Positions 1 through 9,758 of a stretch of 64,000 bases of DNA are shown in pieces; positions within the stretch are counted from its first letter, which is position 1, and each line of letters starts with the position of its first letter. The notes under the pieces were generated by a model. The model was not told where the DNA came from and did no database searches. It was given only the letters and a program-made list of their open reading frames with translations. The translations under genes were made by a program, and so were the position numbers. Location: NCBI GenBank assembly GCA_049517515.1, contig JBEKSA010000017.1:13090-77089 (forward strand), given 5' to 3'. Source of the stretch: Terracidiphilus sp. (GTDB taxonomy: Bacteria; Acidobacteriota; Terriglobia; Terriglobales; Acidobacteriaceae).

Positions 1-426
1 GGAGCACTGCGCGGCGGGATGCCGATCTACAAATATGTGGCCAACCGGCTGCTGACTGCCTTTCAAAATCTATTTTTGGGCGTGAAGCTGTCGGAATATC
101 ACACCGGCTTCCGGGCCTTTTCGCGGGAGTTGCTGGAAACCCTGCCGCTGCTCGAAAACTCCGACGATTTTGTGTTTGATAACCAGATGATCGCGCAGGC
201 GGTGATGTTCGGTTTTCGCATCGGCGAAATCTCCTGCCCGACGAAGTACTTTGAGGAAGCTTCCTCTATCAATTTCGAACGCAGCGTGAAGTATGGGCTG
301 GGGGTGCTGGGCACCACCGCCGGCTTCATCTTCCACAAGCTCGGTATTTGCCGCGCACCACGCTACGGCGCGGCGGGAAGAAAGCTGGGCCCACAGTATT
401 ATTCCGAATCCAAGCATGAGGCATGA
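1..426 (+). CDS. Glycosyltransferase family 2, C-terminal part (gene starts before the window)
   Basis: Open frame from base 1; GT2/DPM-like C-terminal motifs [16 protein letters not shown] and EISCPTKYF. Confidence 0.85.
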   Translation, partial: GALRGGMPIYKYVANRLLTAFQNLFLGVKLSEYHTGFRAFSRELLETLPLLENSDDFVFDNQMIAQAVMFGFRIGEISCPTKYFEEASSINFERSVKYGLGVLGTTAGFIFHKLGICRAPRYGAAGRKLGPQYYSESKHEA

Positions 427-1480
427 GAGCCCAGACCGGACCGTGAAACGCATTCCGACCCTCGATGGATGGCGCGGCATCGCGATCGCGATGGTTCTCT
501 TTGACCATATTCAATATGCTGCGATGGGACGATATGCACGCCCCTGGACGCAGACCGGACGCCACGGAGTTACGATTTTCTTCGTGCTTTCAGGGTTCCT
601 TATTACCTCGAACCTGATTGCAGGACCGATCGACCTCAAGAGATTCTACATTCGTCGTGTTTTTCGGTTAATGCCCGCCGCCTGGGTTTTCCTGGGCGCG
701 GCGCTCTTGACCACACACTTGACTCGACTCCATTTCACGTCGTGGGCCGAAGTTAAAGCATGCCTCCTCTTCTACCGCAATTATTGCGGAAATATGGACG
801 GCAACTTCGCTGGCCACTTCTGGTCCTTATCCATTGAAGAGCAGTTCTATCTGGTTTGGCCTTGTCTGCTTCTGTTTATTGGCGCACAGTGTTGCCGCTG
901 GATCGCGATTACAGCTGCCATAGGAATTGCATTCTTTCGGTGGAGCATGTGGCAGCACTACCTAGGTGGTCTACTTCCAGACAGGACAGAGGTTCGTGCC
1001 GATGCACTCCTTGTCGGCTGTCTCTTGGCCCTGTTCTTTTCGAGTGAAACCGTCAGAGAACGCGCGCGGCACTGGTCAAAATTATGCGCACTCCCAGCAG
1101 CATCGGGTCTTCTGCTGGCGATTTTGTATTTTCACCTTTTGCAGCCGCTCTGGGAATCGGTCTGCATCGCGGTGCTGCTTGCAGCCACAATGCTTAATCC
1201 GGCCAACACGGTTTCACGCGTACTCTCCTGGAAACCGCTCGCTTGGCTCGGAATGGTTTCGTACAGCCTATACGTTTGGCAGGCGCCGTTCATGGGTTTC
1301 AATTTAAATCCCCGGATGCTTGCCATCTCAGTAGGCTTTACCCTTCCGCTATTTGCGCTCGGCAGCTATTACTTCATCGAGCGTCCGGCTACGCGCTTTG
1401 GCCATCGGCTTACAAATGCTCGCGCCTCGAAGCCTGCAGATCTTGACATTAGCCTTATTCCGATACCGGAAACAGATTGA
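416..1480 (+). CDS. Acyltransferase family 3 (OafA/YrhL-like O-acetyltransferase)
   Basis: [34 protein letters not shown] and [16 protein letters not shown] motifs; ATG at 416 overlaps the GT2 stop. Confidence 0.92.
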   Translation: MRHESPDRTVKRIPTLDGWRGIAIAMVLFDHIQYAAMGRYARPWTQTGRHGVTIFFVLSGFLITSNLIAGPIDLKRFYIRRVFRLMPAAWVFLGAALLTTHLTRLHFTSWAEVKACLLFYRNYCGNMDGNFAGHFWSLSIEEQFYLVWPCLLLFIGAQCCRWIAITAAIGIAFFRWSMWQHYLGGLLPDRTEVRADALLVGCLLALFFSSETVRERARHWSKLCALPAASGLLLAILYFHLLQPLWESVCIAVLLAATMLNPANTVSRVLSWKPLAWLGMVSYSLYVWQAPFMGFNLNPRMLAISVGFTLPLFALGSYYFIERPATRFGHRLTNARASKPADLDISLIPIPETD

Positions 1481-1533
1481 AGCGGCCGCCGGCAAAAGCC
1501 GCGCGATTGTCAATCTGCATCCAACCCGGTGGC

Positions 1534-4116
1534 ATGCCAGCGAGCGTTCCGGAGACCTGCGCCGGCGCTATACTGGCGGCGATGCGGTGCGTTCTGAGTT
1601 GGTTCCGGCGCGATTTCAACCTGCGGTTTGATTACGCAAGGCGGGTTGCGGCGGGGTTGCTTTTTCTTTTCATTGCCGGAGTCGCGGGTGGCCAGCAGAA
1701 TCCTGTTGGCGCGCAAGTGACCGTGACGGTGGTGGATGAAAACGGCCACGCGGTGGAAGGCGCGCAGGTTACGATCGCCGAACCGGGAACTGCGTCGGTG
1801 CAGCTCTGGACGGATTACGCGGGGAACTGCAGGTACACAGTGCGGCAACGGGAGCCGTACCAGATCGCCGTGGAGAAGGCCGGATTCTACAGAGCCGAAG
1901 CGAACGGCACCGGCCCAAATCAAAACAGCGTGGACCAAAGCAGCGTGAAGGTGGTGCTGGAGCACGAGCAGACTGTGCGCGAGCAGGTGAATGTGACGGC
2001 GTCGGAGCCCGGGATCGATACGCAGCAGGTTGCAGACCAGAGCACGATGAATACGCCGGAGATCGTGAACATTCCCTATCCTACGTCGCACGATATTCGG
2101 AATCTGCTGCCATTTAATCCTGGAGTGGTGCCGGATGTGACCGGGCAGGTGCACGTGGCCGGATCGGAGACGTGGGAGACGCTGGACACGATGGATGGAT
2201 TCGATATCCGCTCGACGGTGGGCGGGACGCTGAGCCTGCGGGTGAGCGCGGATGCGGTGCGGTCGATTGACGCGGAGACGACGCGGTACCCGGTGGAGTT
2301 CGGGCGGGCGACGGGCGGCGTGATCGCGTTTTACACGGGGATGGGCGACAATAAATTTCGGTTCAATGCGACGAACTTCATTCCGTCGTTTCGCGACCTG
2401 AATGGAATCCGGTTCGACCAGTTTGTACCGCGATTCACGTTCAGCGGGCCGCTGAAGCGCGATCGCGCGTGGTGGTACGACGGCGTTGAAATGGAGGTGG
2501 ACAACATCTACATCTCCGAGCTGCCGGCGAACGCCAATACCGACGAACTGGTGCGCGGAAGCAACCTGACGAAGGTGCAGACGAACGTGACTGCGGCGAA
2601 CATCGTGACCGCGGGGCTGCTCTACAACAACTATCACTCGCCATACGACGGCATTTCGTCGCTCACGCCGCAACCGAGCACCGTGAAGCGCAACACGATT
2701 GCGTGGATGCCGTATGCGCGGGACCAGCAGAGTTTTGGGAATGGCGCGCTGCTGGATTTGGGAGTGGGGTTTGTGAGCATTCGCGACGGATACGAGCCGC
2801 ACGGGAGCGCGCCGTACGAGTACACGCCGGAGCAGACGGAGGGCAGCTATTTTGAGAATCTGAGCGGGCGATCGCAGCGGCTGGAAGGAACAGCGGCGCT
2901 GTATCTGCCGCCGCGGGAGTGGCTGGGGCGGCACGATGTGAAGGCGGGGCTGGACGTGGACCACATTGCCTATGACCAGAGGCAGACGTTGGCGCCGGTG
3001 AGCTATCTGGGCGAGGACGGGATGAAGGTGCGGCAGAGCACGTTTGCGCCGGAGCCGGCGTTCACGATGCACAATGGCGAGATCGGGGCGTTCGTGCAAG
3101 ACCGGTGGCAGCCGGCGAAGGGGTGGGCCCGCGGATTACTTGTCGAGCCGGGGTTGCGATTCGACTGGGACGAGATAGTGCGGAGGCCGCTAGTGGCGCC
3201 GCGACTGGCTGCGGTGTATGCGCCGGGGGATAAGGACGCGACGAAGATTTCGGCCGGAATCGGCCTCTACTACGAACACACGCAACTGGAGTACCTGGCG
3301 CAAACGTATGCAGGCATTCGCTACGACACTTGTTACAACTCCGCCGAGTGCGTACCGACGCCGACGGGGCCGGAAGAGACGGAATTCACGGCGAACGATG
3401 GCTCGCTGCACGCGCCGCGCGCATTGAATTGGAGCGTGGGCGTTGAGCGGAAACTGCCGTGGGCGATTTATGCGGGCGCGAACTTTCTGGAGAAGCGGAC
3501 TTCGGACGTTTTTACGTTTGCGAATCAGAGCGGGGCGGCGGCGCTTGCGGGAGATTATCTGCTGACGAACGGACGGGAAGATCGCTACAGCTCAGAGGAG
3601 TTCGACGCGCGAAAGCTGTTTGCGAATGGGTACACGGTGTATGTGTCGTATACGCACTCGTCGGCGCGGACCAACGCGGCGCTCGAAACCCTGCCGACAC
3701 CGTCGCCGCTGGGGGCGCAGCAGAGCGGGCCGCTGCCGTGGGACGTGCCGAACCGCATTATTTCGTGGGGATGGCTCCCGGTGCCGTTCGCAAGACTGAG
3801 GAAGCGCTGGGACTTTGTGTATGCGCTGGATGAGCATACGGGGTTTCCGTACACGGCGGTGAATGCGGCCCAACAGGTGGTTGGCGCGGCAGGAGGGCAG
3901 AGGTTTCCGGAGTTTGTGAACTTCAGCCCGGGGCTCGAGTGGAAGTTTCATTTTCGCGGACAGTATTGGGGACTCCGCGGCGTGATGGAGAATGCGACGG
4001 ACAGCGGAAATCCAGCGGTGGTGAACAACGTGGTGGACTCGCCGGAGTTTGGAACCTTCAGCGAAACACAGGGACGGGCATTCACGGCGAGGATCCGGCT
4101 GATCGGGACGAAATGA
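1534..4116 (+). CDS. TonB-dependent receptor-like outer-membrane protein with carboxypeptidase-regulatory-like N-domain (start uncertain, 1477-1582)
   Basis: Signal-like segment, VTVVDENG..GAQVTI Ig-like domain, plug motif YPVEFGRATGGV, beta-barrel-type C-terminus. Confidence 0.8.
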   Translation: MPASVPETCAGAILAAMRCVLSWFRRDFNLRFDYARRVAAGLLFLFIAGVAGGQQNPVGAQVTVTVVDENGHAVEGAQVTIAEPGTASVQLWTDYAGNCRYTVRQREPYQIAVEKAGFYRAEANGTGPNQNSVDQSSVKVVLEHEQTVREQVNVTASEPGIDTQQVADQSTMNTPEIVNIPYPTSHDIRNLLPFNPGVVPDVTGQVHVAGSETWETLDTMDGFDIRSTVGGTLSLRVSADAVRSIDAETTRYPVEFGRATGGVIAFYTGMGDNKFRFNATNFIPSFRDLNGIRFDQFVPRFTFSGPLKRDRAWWYDGVEMEVDNIYISELPANANTDELVRGSNLTKVQTNVTAANIVTAGLLYNNYHSPYDGISSLTPQPSTVKRNTIAWMPYARDQQSFGNGALLDLGVGFVSIRDGYEPHGSAPYEYTPEQTEGSYFENLSGRSQRLEGTAALYLPPREWLGRHDVKAGLDVDHIAYDQRQTLAPVSYLGEDGMKVRQSTFAPEPAFTMHNGEIGAFVQDRWQPAKGWARGLLVEPGLRFDWDEIVRRPLVAPRLAAVYAPGDKDATKISAGIGLYYEHTQLEYLAQTYAGIRYDTCYNSAECVPTPTGPEETEFTANDGSLHAPRALNWSVGVERKLPWAIYAGANFLEKRTSDVFTFANQSGAAALAGDYLLTNGREDRYSSEEFDARKLFANGYTVYVSYTHSSARTNAALETLPTPSPLGAQQSGPLPWDVPNRIISWGWLPVPFARLRKRWDFVYALDEHTGFPYTAVNAAQQVVGAAGGQRFPEFVNFSPGLEWKFHFRGQYWGLRGVMENATDSGNPAVVNNVVDSPEFGTFSETQGRAFTARIRLIGTK

Positions 4117-4124
4117 AGAAGACA

Positions 4125-4200
4125 GGGAACAGAGAACAGGGAACAGGGATCAGAAAGGCAGGGAGCGAGGGAGCAAGGGAGCGAGAAGGCGGGGACCAGG
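4125..4200. repeat. Degenerate heptamer tandem repeats (CAGGGAA-like)
   Basis: acagggaacagagaacagggaacagggatcag seen directly. Confidence 0.75.
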
Positions 4201-4228
4201 GAACGTACCTATTGAATGGGTGGAGCGG

Positions 4229-4453
4229 ATGCAGGATCTGGGGAAGATGCTGTTGGGACTCGGGCTGCTGCTGGCGTTGATTGGAGCGGTGATTTTGGCG
4301 GCCGCGCGGTTCGGGCTTCCGCTGGGGCGATTACCCGGCGACATTTCCTACAAGGGCAAGAACGTTTCGTTCTACTTCCCGCTGGGGACGTCGATCGTGA
4401 TCAGCGTTGTGCTGTCGGCGATTTTGTATTTGATTTCGAGATTGAGACGTTAG
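4229..4453 (+). CDS. DUF2905-like small membrane protein
   Basis: LGRLPGDI and FYFPLGTSIVISVVLS motifs, two TM helices. Confidence 0.85.
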   Translation: MQDLGKMLLGLGLLLALIGAVILAAARFGLPLGRLPGDISYKGKNVSFYFPLGTSIVISVVLSAILYLISRLRR

Positions 4454-4491
4454 CGTCAGGTCGCACGGTCTCGGATTTACTCGCGAAAGGT

Positions 4492-4538
4492 GCGGGCGAG
4501 GACGCCCGCACGACAGCCGGTCTAGAGACCGGCGCTAC
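4492..4538 (-). repeat. Tandem pair of GTAG/GTCG-type REP-like palindromes
   Basis: Minus strand reads GTAGCGCCGGTCTCTAGACCGGC, then GTCGTGCGGGCGTCCTCGCCCGC; located between convergent genes. Confidence 0.65.
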
Positions 4539-4626
4539 GGCCCGATCTTTCCCTGGGACAAGTGGAGCGCAAACGCAAACATGCCGCCCGAGGGCGGCAT
4601 GTTGAGGAAGATTGATGGCCTAAGCG

Positions 4627-4866
4627 TTAGATGCCAACGCCAAATTCGCTGGCCTGCTGCGAGCCGGCGTTCGAGTAGAAGTCGTAGGGCGTGCGCTTCT
4701 TGAATCTGTAGCGGTTGCGCAGCTCTGCGCCGACATAAATCCCGACTGCGGCAACAGCAACTCCCACAGAAAACCAAGTGATGACACGGAGAGCAGTCGA
4801 TCCGGTCGTTTCTTCGGGTTCGGTAGATTCTGGAACGAGCAATTCGGATTGAGGATCGGCGGACAT
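4627..4866 (-). CDS. Small single-TM hypothetical protein
   Basis: 79 aa ORF with GAGG RBS and one hydrophobic helix followed by a basic tail. Confidence 0.7.
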   Translation of the reverse strand: MSADPQSELLVPESTEPEETTGSTALRVITWFSVGVAVAAVGIYVGAELRNRYRFKKRTPYDFYSNAGSQQASEFGVGI

Positions 4867-4950
4867 CGAGCACAGCCTCCTACGCTCTCATGATAGCGCA
4901 GATGGGGTGGGGCACTGGAAGGGGCGAAGTGCGGAAAACACAGAAGTAAT

Positions 4951-5967
4951 CTACGCGAAAGTGTTAATTTGGGCCAGCCATGAGGCTTTTTCTGTTTCGG
5001 GAAGGAAACTGGCACGGATGGAGTTCGCGGCCAACTGGCGGAGCTCGTCACGGGTAAATCCCTGCTGGGTATGGGCGAGGAGGAACTCATTCGAGAGATC
5101 GGAGCCGAAGAAAGCGGGGTCGTCGGAGTTGATCGTGACGAGGAGGCCGTGATCGAAGTAGCGGCGCAGAGGATGGACGGCAAAAGAGGGGCAGACGCCA
5201 GTGCGGACGTTGGAGGTGGGGTTGAGCTCGACGGCGATGCCGCGATTTTTGAGCTCCGCGAGCAGAGATTCGTCCTGAACGGCGGAGACGGCGTGGCCGA
5301 TGCGCTCGGAGCCGATGGCGAGAGCTTCCCAGATGGCCTCGGGGCCGGTGGTTTCGCCGGCGTGGCTGGTGAGGCGCAGGCCGGCGGCCTGGGCGCGGGC
5401 GTAGAGATGGCGGAAAGGCTCGGAACCGGAGCGGCGTTCGTCGCCGCCGAGGCCGACAGCGACGATGGAGGGGTAGAATTCGCGCAACTCGGCGGCCTTA
5501 CGGAAGACGCGGTCGGCTTCCTCGACAGTGAAGTGGCGGACGGCGTCGAAGATCCAGTAGAGGGACAGTCCGAGCTCGCGGGCGGCGCGCTCACGGGCGC
5601 GCTCAAGGCCGGCGAAGATGGGCTCGAAGCAGCGGGGATCGAAGTTGCGCCACATATAGATGACGCCGACGGAGATGAAGACCTCGGCGTGAACCACGCC
5701 CTGGGAGGTGAGTTGCTCCATCATGCGCCAGGCGGCCAGCTCGTAGTCTTCGGGGTCGCGCAGGCGTCGGGTGACGGCCTTGAAGGACTCGATAAACTCG
5801 GTGAAGTCAGTGAAGCGGTAGAGGGCCTCGGCTTCGTGTGGGGTCAAGGGGTGAGCGTCGTGGCGGGCGCTGAGCTCGACCAGGGTGGCGGGCGCGATGG
5901 TGCCTTCAAGGTGCAGATGCAGCTCGGCCTTGGGCAGGCTGCGGATGAATTCCTGGATTTCCGTCAC
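4951..5967 (-). CDS. add: Adenosine deaminase
   Basis: LPKAELHLHLEG, SHAGE, RIGH and TINSDDP motifs. Confidence 0.93.
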   Translation of the reverse strand: MTEIQEFIRSLPKAELHLHLEGTIAPATLVELSARHDAHPLTPHEAEALYRFTDFTEFIESFKAVTRRLRDPEDYELAAWRMMEQLTSQGVVHAEVFISVGVIYMWRNFDPRCFEPIFAGLERARERAARELGLSLYWIFDAVRHFTVEEADRVFRKAAELREFYPSIVAVGLGGDERRSGSEPFRHLYARAQAAGLRLTSHAGETTGPEAIWEALAIGSERIGHAVSAVQDESLLAELKNRGIAVELNPTSNVRTGVCPSFAVHPLRRYFDHGLLVTINSDDPAFFGSDLSNEFLLAHTQQGFTRDELRQLAANSIRASFLPETEKASWLAQINTFA

Positions 5968-6032
5968 ACCTTCAGTTTAGCGGGTCAGCGAGTCAGTAAG
6001 TCAGCGAGTCAGCCTCAGCATTCGCGTTGCGA

Positions 6033-6755
6033 CTAATTCGTTTTAATCGTAGTTACGCGATTACCGACGAAGGTGATGGTCCACTTTTTGCCGGCTTGAT
6101 CGTAGGTAATGGTGCGATTGCCTTCGCTCGTGCTGTTGACCTGCTGATTGTGGCCGATGGACATTTGGGTTTGAAGCTCGCTCATGCCGGCAGTGACCTG
6201 GTGTGCGTCAATGGTGGCCCAGACGTTCGGCGGCCAGTTGTCGTAGATCTTGTGCGGATCGTCGTAATAGAAAAGGACGTCGCAGAAATACTGTTCCTGG
6301 CTGCCATCGAAGGCGCCGATGACCGTGGCATAAAGGTCCGAACTGTGCGGCAGAGAGAAGATGGCGAAAACCTGCCGCGTGCCGTGGGAGATGCCGTCGT
6401 CGATCTGAGCCGGCGGCACGGCTTTGATGACTTTCTCGATGTCGAGCTGCTGGGCCGAAGGAATGACGCCGATGCGCTTGTTGAAAACGATGCGGCCGGC
6501 TTCGTAGGGGAAGTTGGGCATGGTATAGCCGTTCTTCATCCAGACGCTTGTGCCCTCGAGCTTGAGCGCGTCGTCGAAGGAGGTCATGAACTTCATGCGT
6601 ACGATGGCGACGTCGTCGGGCGTGAGGTTCTGGTCGGGAGTGGTTTGCGGGAGGACGCCGGGGTTGCGGCGGTGCTCGAAGACAGAGAAGAGATAGATGC
6701 CGCCAATGGTGAGAGAGATAAGTGTCATGAGGAGAGCTTTTTGCCAGTTCTTCAC
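6033..6755 (-). CDS. Membrane-anchored hypothetical protein with SmpA/OmlA-like C-terminal module
   Basis: GTG at 6755 (VKNWQKALLM), N-terminal TM helix, C-terminal GMSELQTQMSIG...WTITFVGNRVTTI; the 5' part of the track ORF overlaps the permease and is spurious. Confidence 0.7.
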   Translation of the reverse strand: MKNWQKALLMTLISLTIGGIYLFSVFEHRRNPGVLPQTTPDQNLTPDDVAIVRMKFMTSFDDALKLEGTSVWMKNGYTMPNFPYEAGRIVFNKRIGVIPSAQQLDIEKVIKAVPPAQIDDGISHGTRQVFAIFSLPHSSDLYATVIGAFDGSQEQYFCDVLFYYDDPHKIYDNWPPNVWATIDAHQVTAGMSELQTQMSIGHNQQVNSTSEGNRTITYDQAGKKWTITFVGNRVTTIKTN

Positions 6756-6765
6756 AGGACCTTCG

Positions 6766-8325
6766 CTACTCGGTCGACCGGGTCCGAGCAAATTCGGAGC
6801 GGTGACGGCTATAGAGGAAATAAATGAACAGGCCGATGACCAGCCAGATGAGAAAGCGGTACCAGGTGATGATGGGCAATCCGGCCATGAGCAAGAAGCA
6901 GAAGATGACGCTGAGAGCGGGGATGACGGGCCCACCCGGGACCACGAAACCACGGCGGCGGTGGGGATCGCGGAAGCGGAGGACGATGACTCCGATGGAG
7001 ACGAGGACGAAGGCAAAGAGCGTGCCGATGTTGGAGAGGTCGGCGAGAGTGCCGATGTCGAAAAGGCCTGAGGGAATGGCGACGACAACGCCGGCGACCC
7101 AGGTGGAAAAGGCCGGAGTACGGAAGAGGGGATGGACGTTGGAGAAGACTTTGGGCAAAAGGCCGTCGCGGGACATGGAGAACCAGACACGCGACTGGCC
7201 GATCTGGTAGACGAGGATGGAGGAGATCATGCCCATGAGCGCGCCGAGCAGGACGACGAGGCGGATCCAGTAGAGCGGGTGGCCGCCGGGCAGGAGCGAG
7301 AGCTTCTTGAGCGCGTTGACGACGGGAGCGGCGTCGCCGACCATCGATTGCCAGGGAACGAGGCCGGTGAGGCAAACGGCGACGGCGACGTAGAGCACGG
7401 TGCAGACAACCAGCGTGGCGATGATGCCGATGGGAAGATCGCGCTGGGGATTGCGGCACTCTTCGGCGGCGGTGGAGACGGAATCGAAGCCAATGTAGGT
7501 GAAGAAGATGATGGAGCCGCCGGTGAGCACGCCGGACCAGCCGTTGGGCATAAAGGGATGCCAGTTGGCGGGACGAATGAAGCCAATGACGGCAAAGACG
7601 AAGATGAGGATCGCAATCAGCTTGAACGCGACCATCATGTTGTTGGTGGAGGCGGACTCGCGGATGCCGCGGACCAGGATCACCGTGAGGAACATGACGA
7701 TGAGGAAGGCGGGAATGTTGAAACCGAAGTGCCAGCCGGGACTGTAGAGGTTGTTGCCGGCGAGATCCTGGAGGCCGGAGGGAAGATAGGCGGGCGAGAT
7801 CCATCGGGCGCTTGGATGCAGACCGAACCAGTCGAGCAGGTCGACGACGTGGGCGGCGAAGCCGACGCTGACGCTCATGTTGGAGCCGGCGTACTCGAGG
7901 ATCAGATCCCAGCCGATGATCCAGGCGATGAGCTCGCCGAGTGTGGCATAGGTATAGGTGTATGCGGAACCGGCAATGGGAATCATGGAGGCCAGCTCGG
8001 CGTAACAGAGGCCGGTGAGAGCACAGACGAAGGCCACCAGCACCATGGAGAGCGCAATGGCCGGACCGGCGCCGGGACGGCCGGCGAGCGCGGTGTGCGT
8101 AACGACGTAGTGAATAAGGGGCGTGTCGGTGATGGTGGCGTTGGGTAGCTGCTCGCCGGAGATGGCGGTGCCGATGACGGTGAAGATGCCCGAGCCGATG
8201 ACTGCGCCGATGCCGAGCGCGGTGAGCGACCACGGCCCGAGGCTCTTCTTCAGCGCGTGCTCGGGTTCTTCCGAGTCGCTGATGAGCTTGTCGATCGACT
8301 TGCGGGCGAAGAACTGGCTGGGCAG
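6766..8325 (-). CDS. APC-family amino acid permease (probable CTG start)
   Basis: LGIGAVIGSGIF, GLCYAELASMIPIAGSAYTY and FFTYIGFDSVST motifs; frame is open upstream of the track start to CTG at 8325 behind AAGGAG. Confidence 0.88.
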   Translation of the reverse strand: MPSQFFARKSIDKLISDSEEPEHALKKSLGPWSLTALGIGAVIGSGIFTVIGTAISGEQLPNATITDTPLIHYVVTHTALAGRPGAGPAIALSMVLVAFVCALTGLCYAELASMIPIAGSAYTYTYATLGELIAWIIGWDLILEYAGSNMSVSVGFAAHVVDLLDWFGLHPSARWISPAYLPSGLQDLAGNNLYSPGWHFGFNIPAFLIVMFLTVILVRGIRESASTNNMMVAFKLIAILIFVFAVIGFIRPANWHPFMPNGWSGVLTGGSIIFFTYIGFDSVSTAAEECRNPQRDLPIGIIATLVVCTVLYVAVAVCLTGLVPWQSMVGDAAPVVNALKKLSLLPGGHPLYWIRLVVLLGALMGMISSILVYQIGQSRVWFSMSRDGLLPKVFSNVHPLFRTPAFSTWVAGVVVAIPSGLFDIGTLADLSNIGTLFAFVLVSIGVIVLRFRDPHRRRGFVVPGGPVIPALSVIFCFLLMAGLPIITWYRFLIWLVIGLFIYFLYSRHRSEFARTRSTE

Positions 8326-8340
8326 TGCAGGTCTCCTTGC

Positions 8341-8464
8341 AGTGGTCAGTGAACAGTGATCAGTGGTCAGCGGGCGACAGAGGTCAAACAGTCCAAAGTC
8401 ACGCCGAGGTGAGGCAGTGGGCCGGCTGCGACACGAACGAACTGATCACTGATCACTGACCACT
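8341..8464. repeat. Inverted pair of heptamer repeat blocks (CAGTGAT/CAGTGGT)
   Basis: agtggtcagtgaacagtgatcagtggtcag paired with ctgatcactgatcactgaccact. Confidence 0.75.
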
Positions 8465-8472
8465 CGCCTTTG

Positions 8473-8628
8473 TTACCGCTTCGACTGGCCGCGGACCATT
8501 TTCTTCACTTTTTTCTTGAGCGAGCCGCGGGGGGTGGTGCGCTTGGCCTTGGGGGCAGCTTTTTTGCGCGCCGCGCGCTTGAGCTTCTTGCGTTCCGTCT
8601 TGTCTTTGATCTTTGTGGTGTCGGCCAC
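8473..8628 (-). CDS. 51-aa highly basic Lys/Arg-rich protein (absent from the ORF track)
   Basis: AAAGAGG RBS, GTG start; MADTTKIKDKTERKKLKRAARKKAAPKAKRTTPRGSLKKKVKKMVRGQSKR*. Confidence 0.75.
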   Translation of the reverse strand: MADTTKIKDKTERKKLKRAARKKAAPKAKRTTPRGSLKKKVKKMVRGQSKR

Positions 8629-8891
8629 GTTAACCTCTTTCCATGGAATGTTTTCAGGGAGCCCGCAGCGCGGGCTTTGCGAGATTCATGTTAACAGGCA
8701 GGTGGGGGCAGGAGAAAGCGCGGCGCGCGCACTGCGGCGCAATGTGGCGCGCATCCACACGGGCGGCGTTTGCAGCGTACAATGAAAGCAGACCCGACAC
8801 AGTGCCTGGCCTGCTCGGCTCCGGCTGACCGATCGCTCCTGACGAGCTCCGCACCTCCACGCAACAATCACCTTGTTCGCCGGAGTTCGTC

Positions 8892-9107
8892 ATGCGTTCT
8901 GATCAGGTTCACCGCGCACTGGCGCGAGGAATGAACCGCTTTGAAGTCTGCCGACTGGTTTCGAAGGGCGTAAAAGCCACGCACAAAACGGGCTCGCGCT
9001 TCGAGGATTCCATCAACAGCGTACTGCAGTACCTGGGCACACACGATATGCCGGAGGGGGGGCTGCATCCGGGCGCAGCGGCGGAGAAACTGGAACACGC
9101 GGCGTGA
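8892..9107 (+). CDS. Small protein, possibly RNA polymerase omega-like
   Basis: GGAG RBS; NRFEVCRLVSKGVKA resembles the omega N-terminal NRY-L-+AAKRARQ helix (weak similarity, by eye). Confidence 0.55.
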   Translation: MRSDQVHRALARGMNRFEVCRLVSKGVKATHKTGSRFEDSINSVLQYLGTHDMPEGGLHPGAAAEKLEHAA

Positions 9108-9200
9108 AAAAATGGTTCACAGTTCGTCGTTCTCAGTTTCCGGTCAGACGCGGGACAGCTGTGGAACTGACCGGAATGCAATAGAGTTTGAGCTAAACGC

Positions 9201-9238
9201 AAAAGAGGGACGGCAGGTTTGCCGTCCCTCTCGTTTTT
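9201..9238. terminator. Bidirectional intrinsic terminator
   Basis: GAGGGACGGCA/TGCCGTCCCTC stem flanked by A- and T-runs between convergent genes. Confidence 0.85.
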
Positions 9239-9283
9239 GGTTCCGAACCTGTTCTCAGTTCCGAACGGTTTCAGGCTTGCCGC

Positions 9284-9484
9284 TTAAATAACCTGAACGT
9301 TCTCGGCCTGCCAGCCCTTGGGGCCCTTGGTCACGTCGAACTGGACCTTCTGGCCTTCCTGCAGCGACCGGAAACCGGTCGACTTGATGGCGGTGTGATG
9401 GACGAAGACGTCCTCGCCGTTTTCACGGCTCAAAAATCCAAATCCCTTTGCGTCATTGAACCACTTGACTGTGCCTTGTTCCAT
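9284..9484 (-). CDS. cspA: Cold-shock protein
   Basis: [14 protein letters not shown] (RNP1), VFVH (RNP2), [10 protein letters not shown]. Confidence 0.97.
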   Translation of the reverse strand: MEQGTVKWFNDAKGFGFLSRENGEDVFVHHTAIKSTGFRSLQEGQKVQFDVTKGPKGWQAENVQVI

Positions 9485-9758
9485 TGTGTTTGCTCCTCAA
9501 ATTACTGAATTACCGCTGAATGCAATGTGGAGTGTTGCGTGTAGGCGGTAACCGGAACAGGCAAGAACTTCAGATCGAATTCTACGATTACTATAGAGTG
9601 TAGCACAGATTCCGCCGAACGGTCGCGAAAATCCTTTGGGCTCAACGAGAAAGGCGTTTGGCGTGAACGGTTTCCGGGGGCGAGGAGGCGAAGCAGCGCG
9701 GGGCGAGGAAGGCAGGGTACACTCGATGTCGTTGGAAGGATCGCCAGAGAGGTGAAGC

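Noticed and set aside
1510-3099. Long antisense ORFs (also 24692-26374, 49327-50874 and 5071-6036)
   Set aside because: They mirror well-supported genes on the other strand; a codon-bias artefact.
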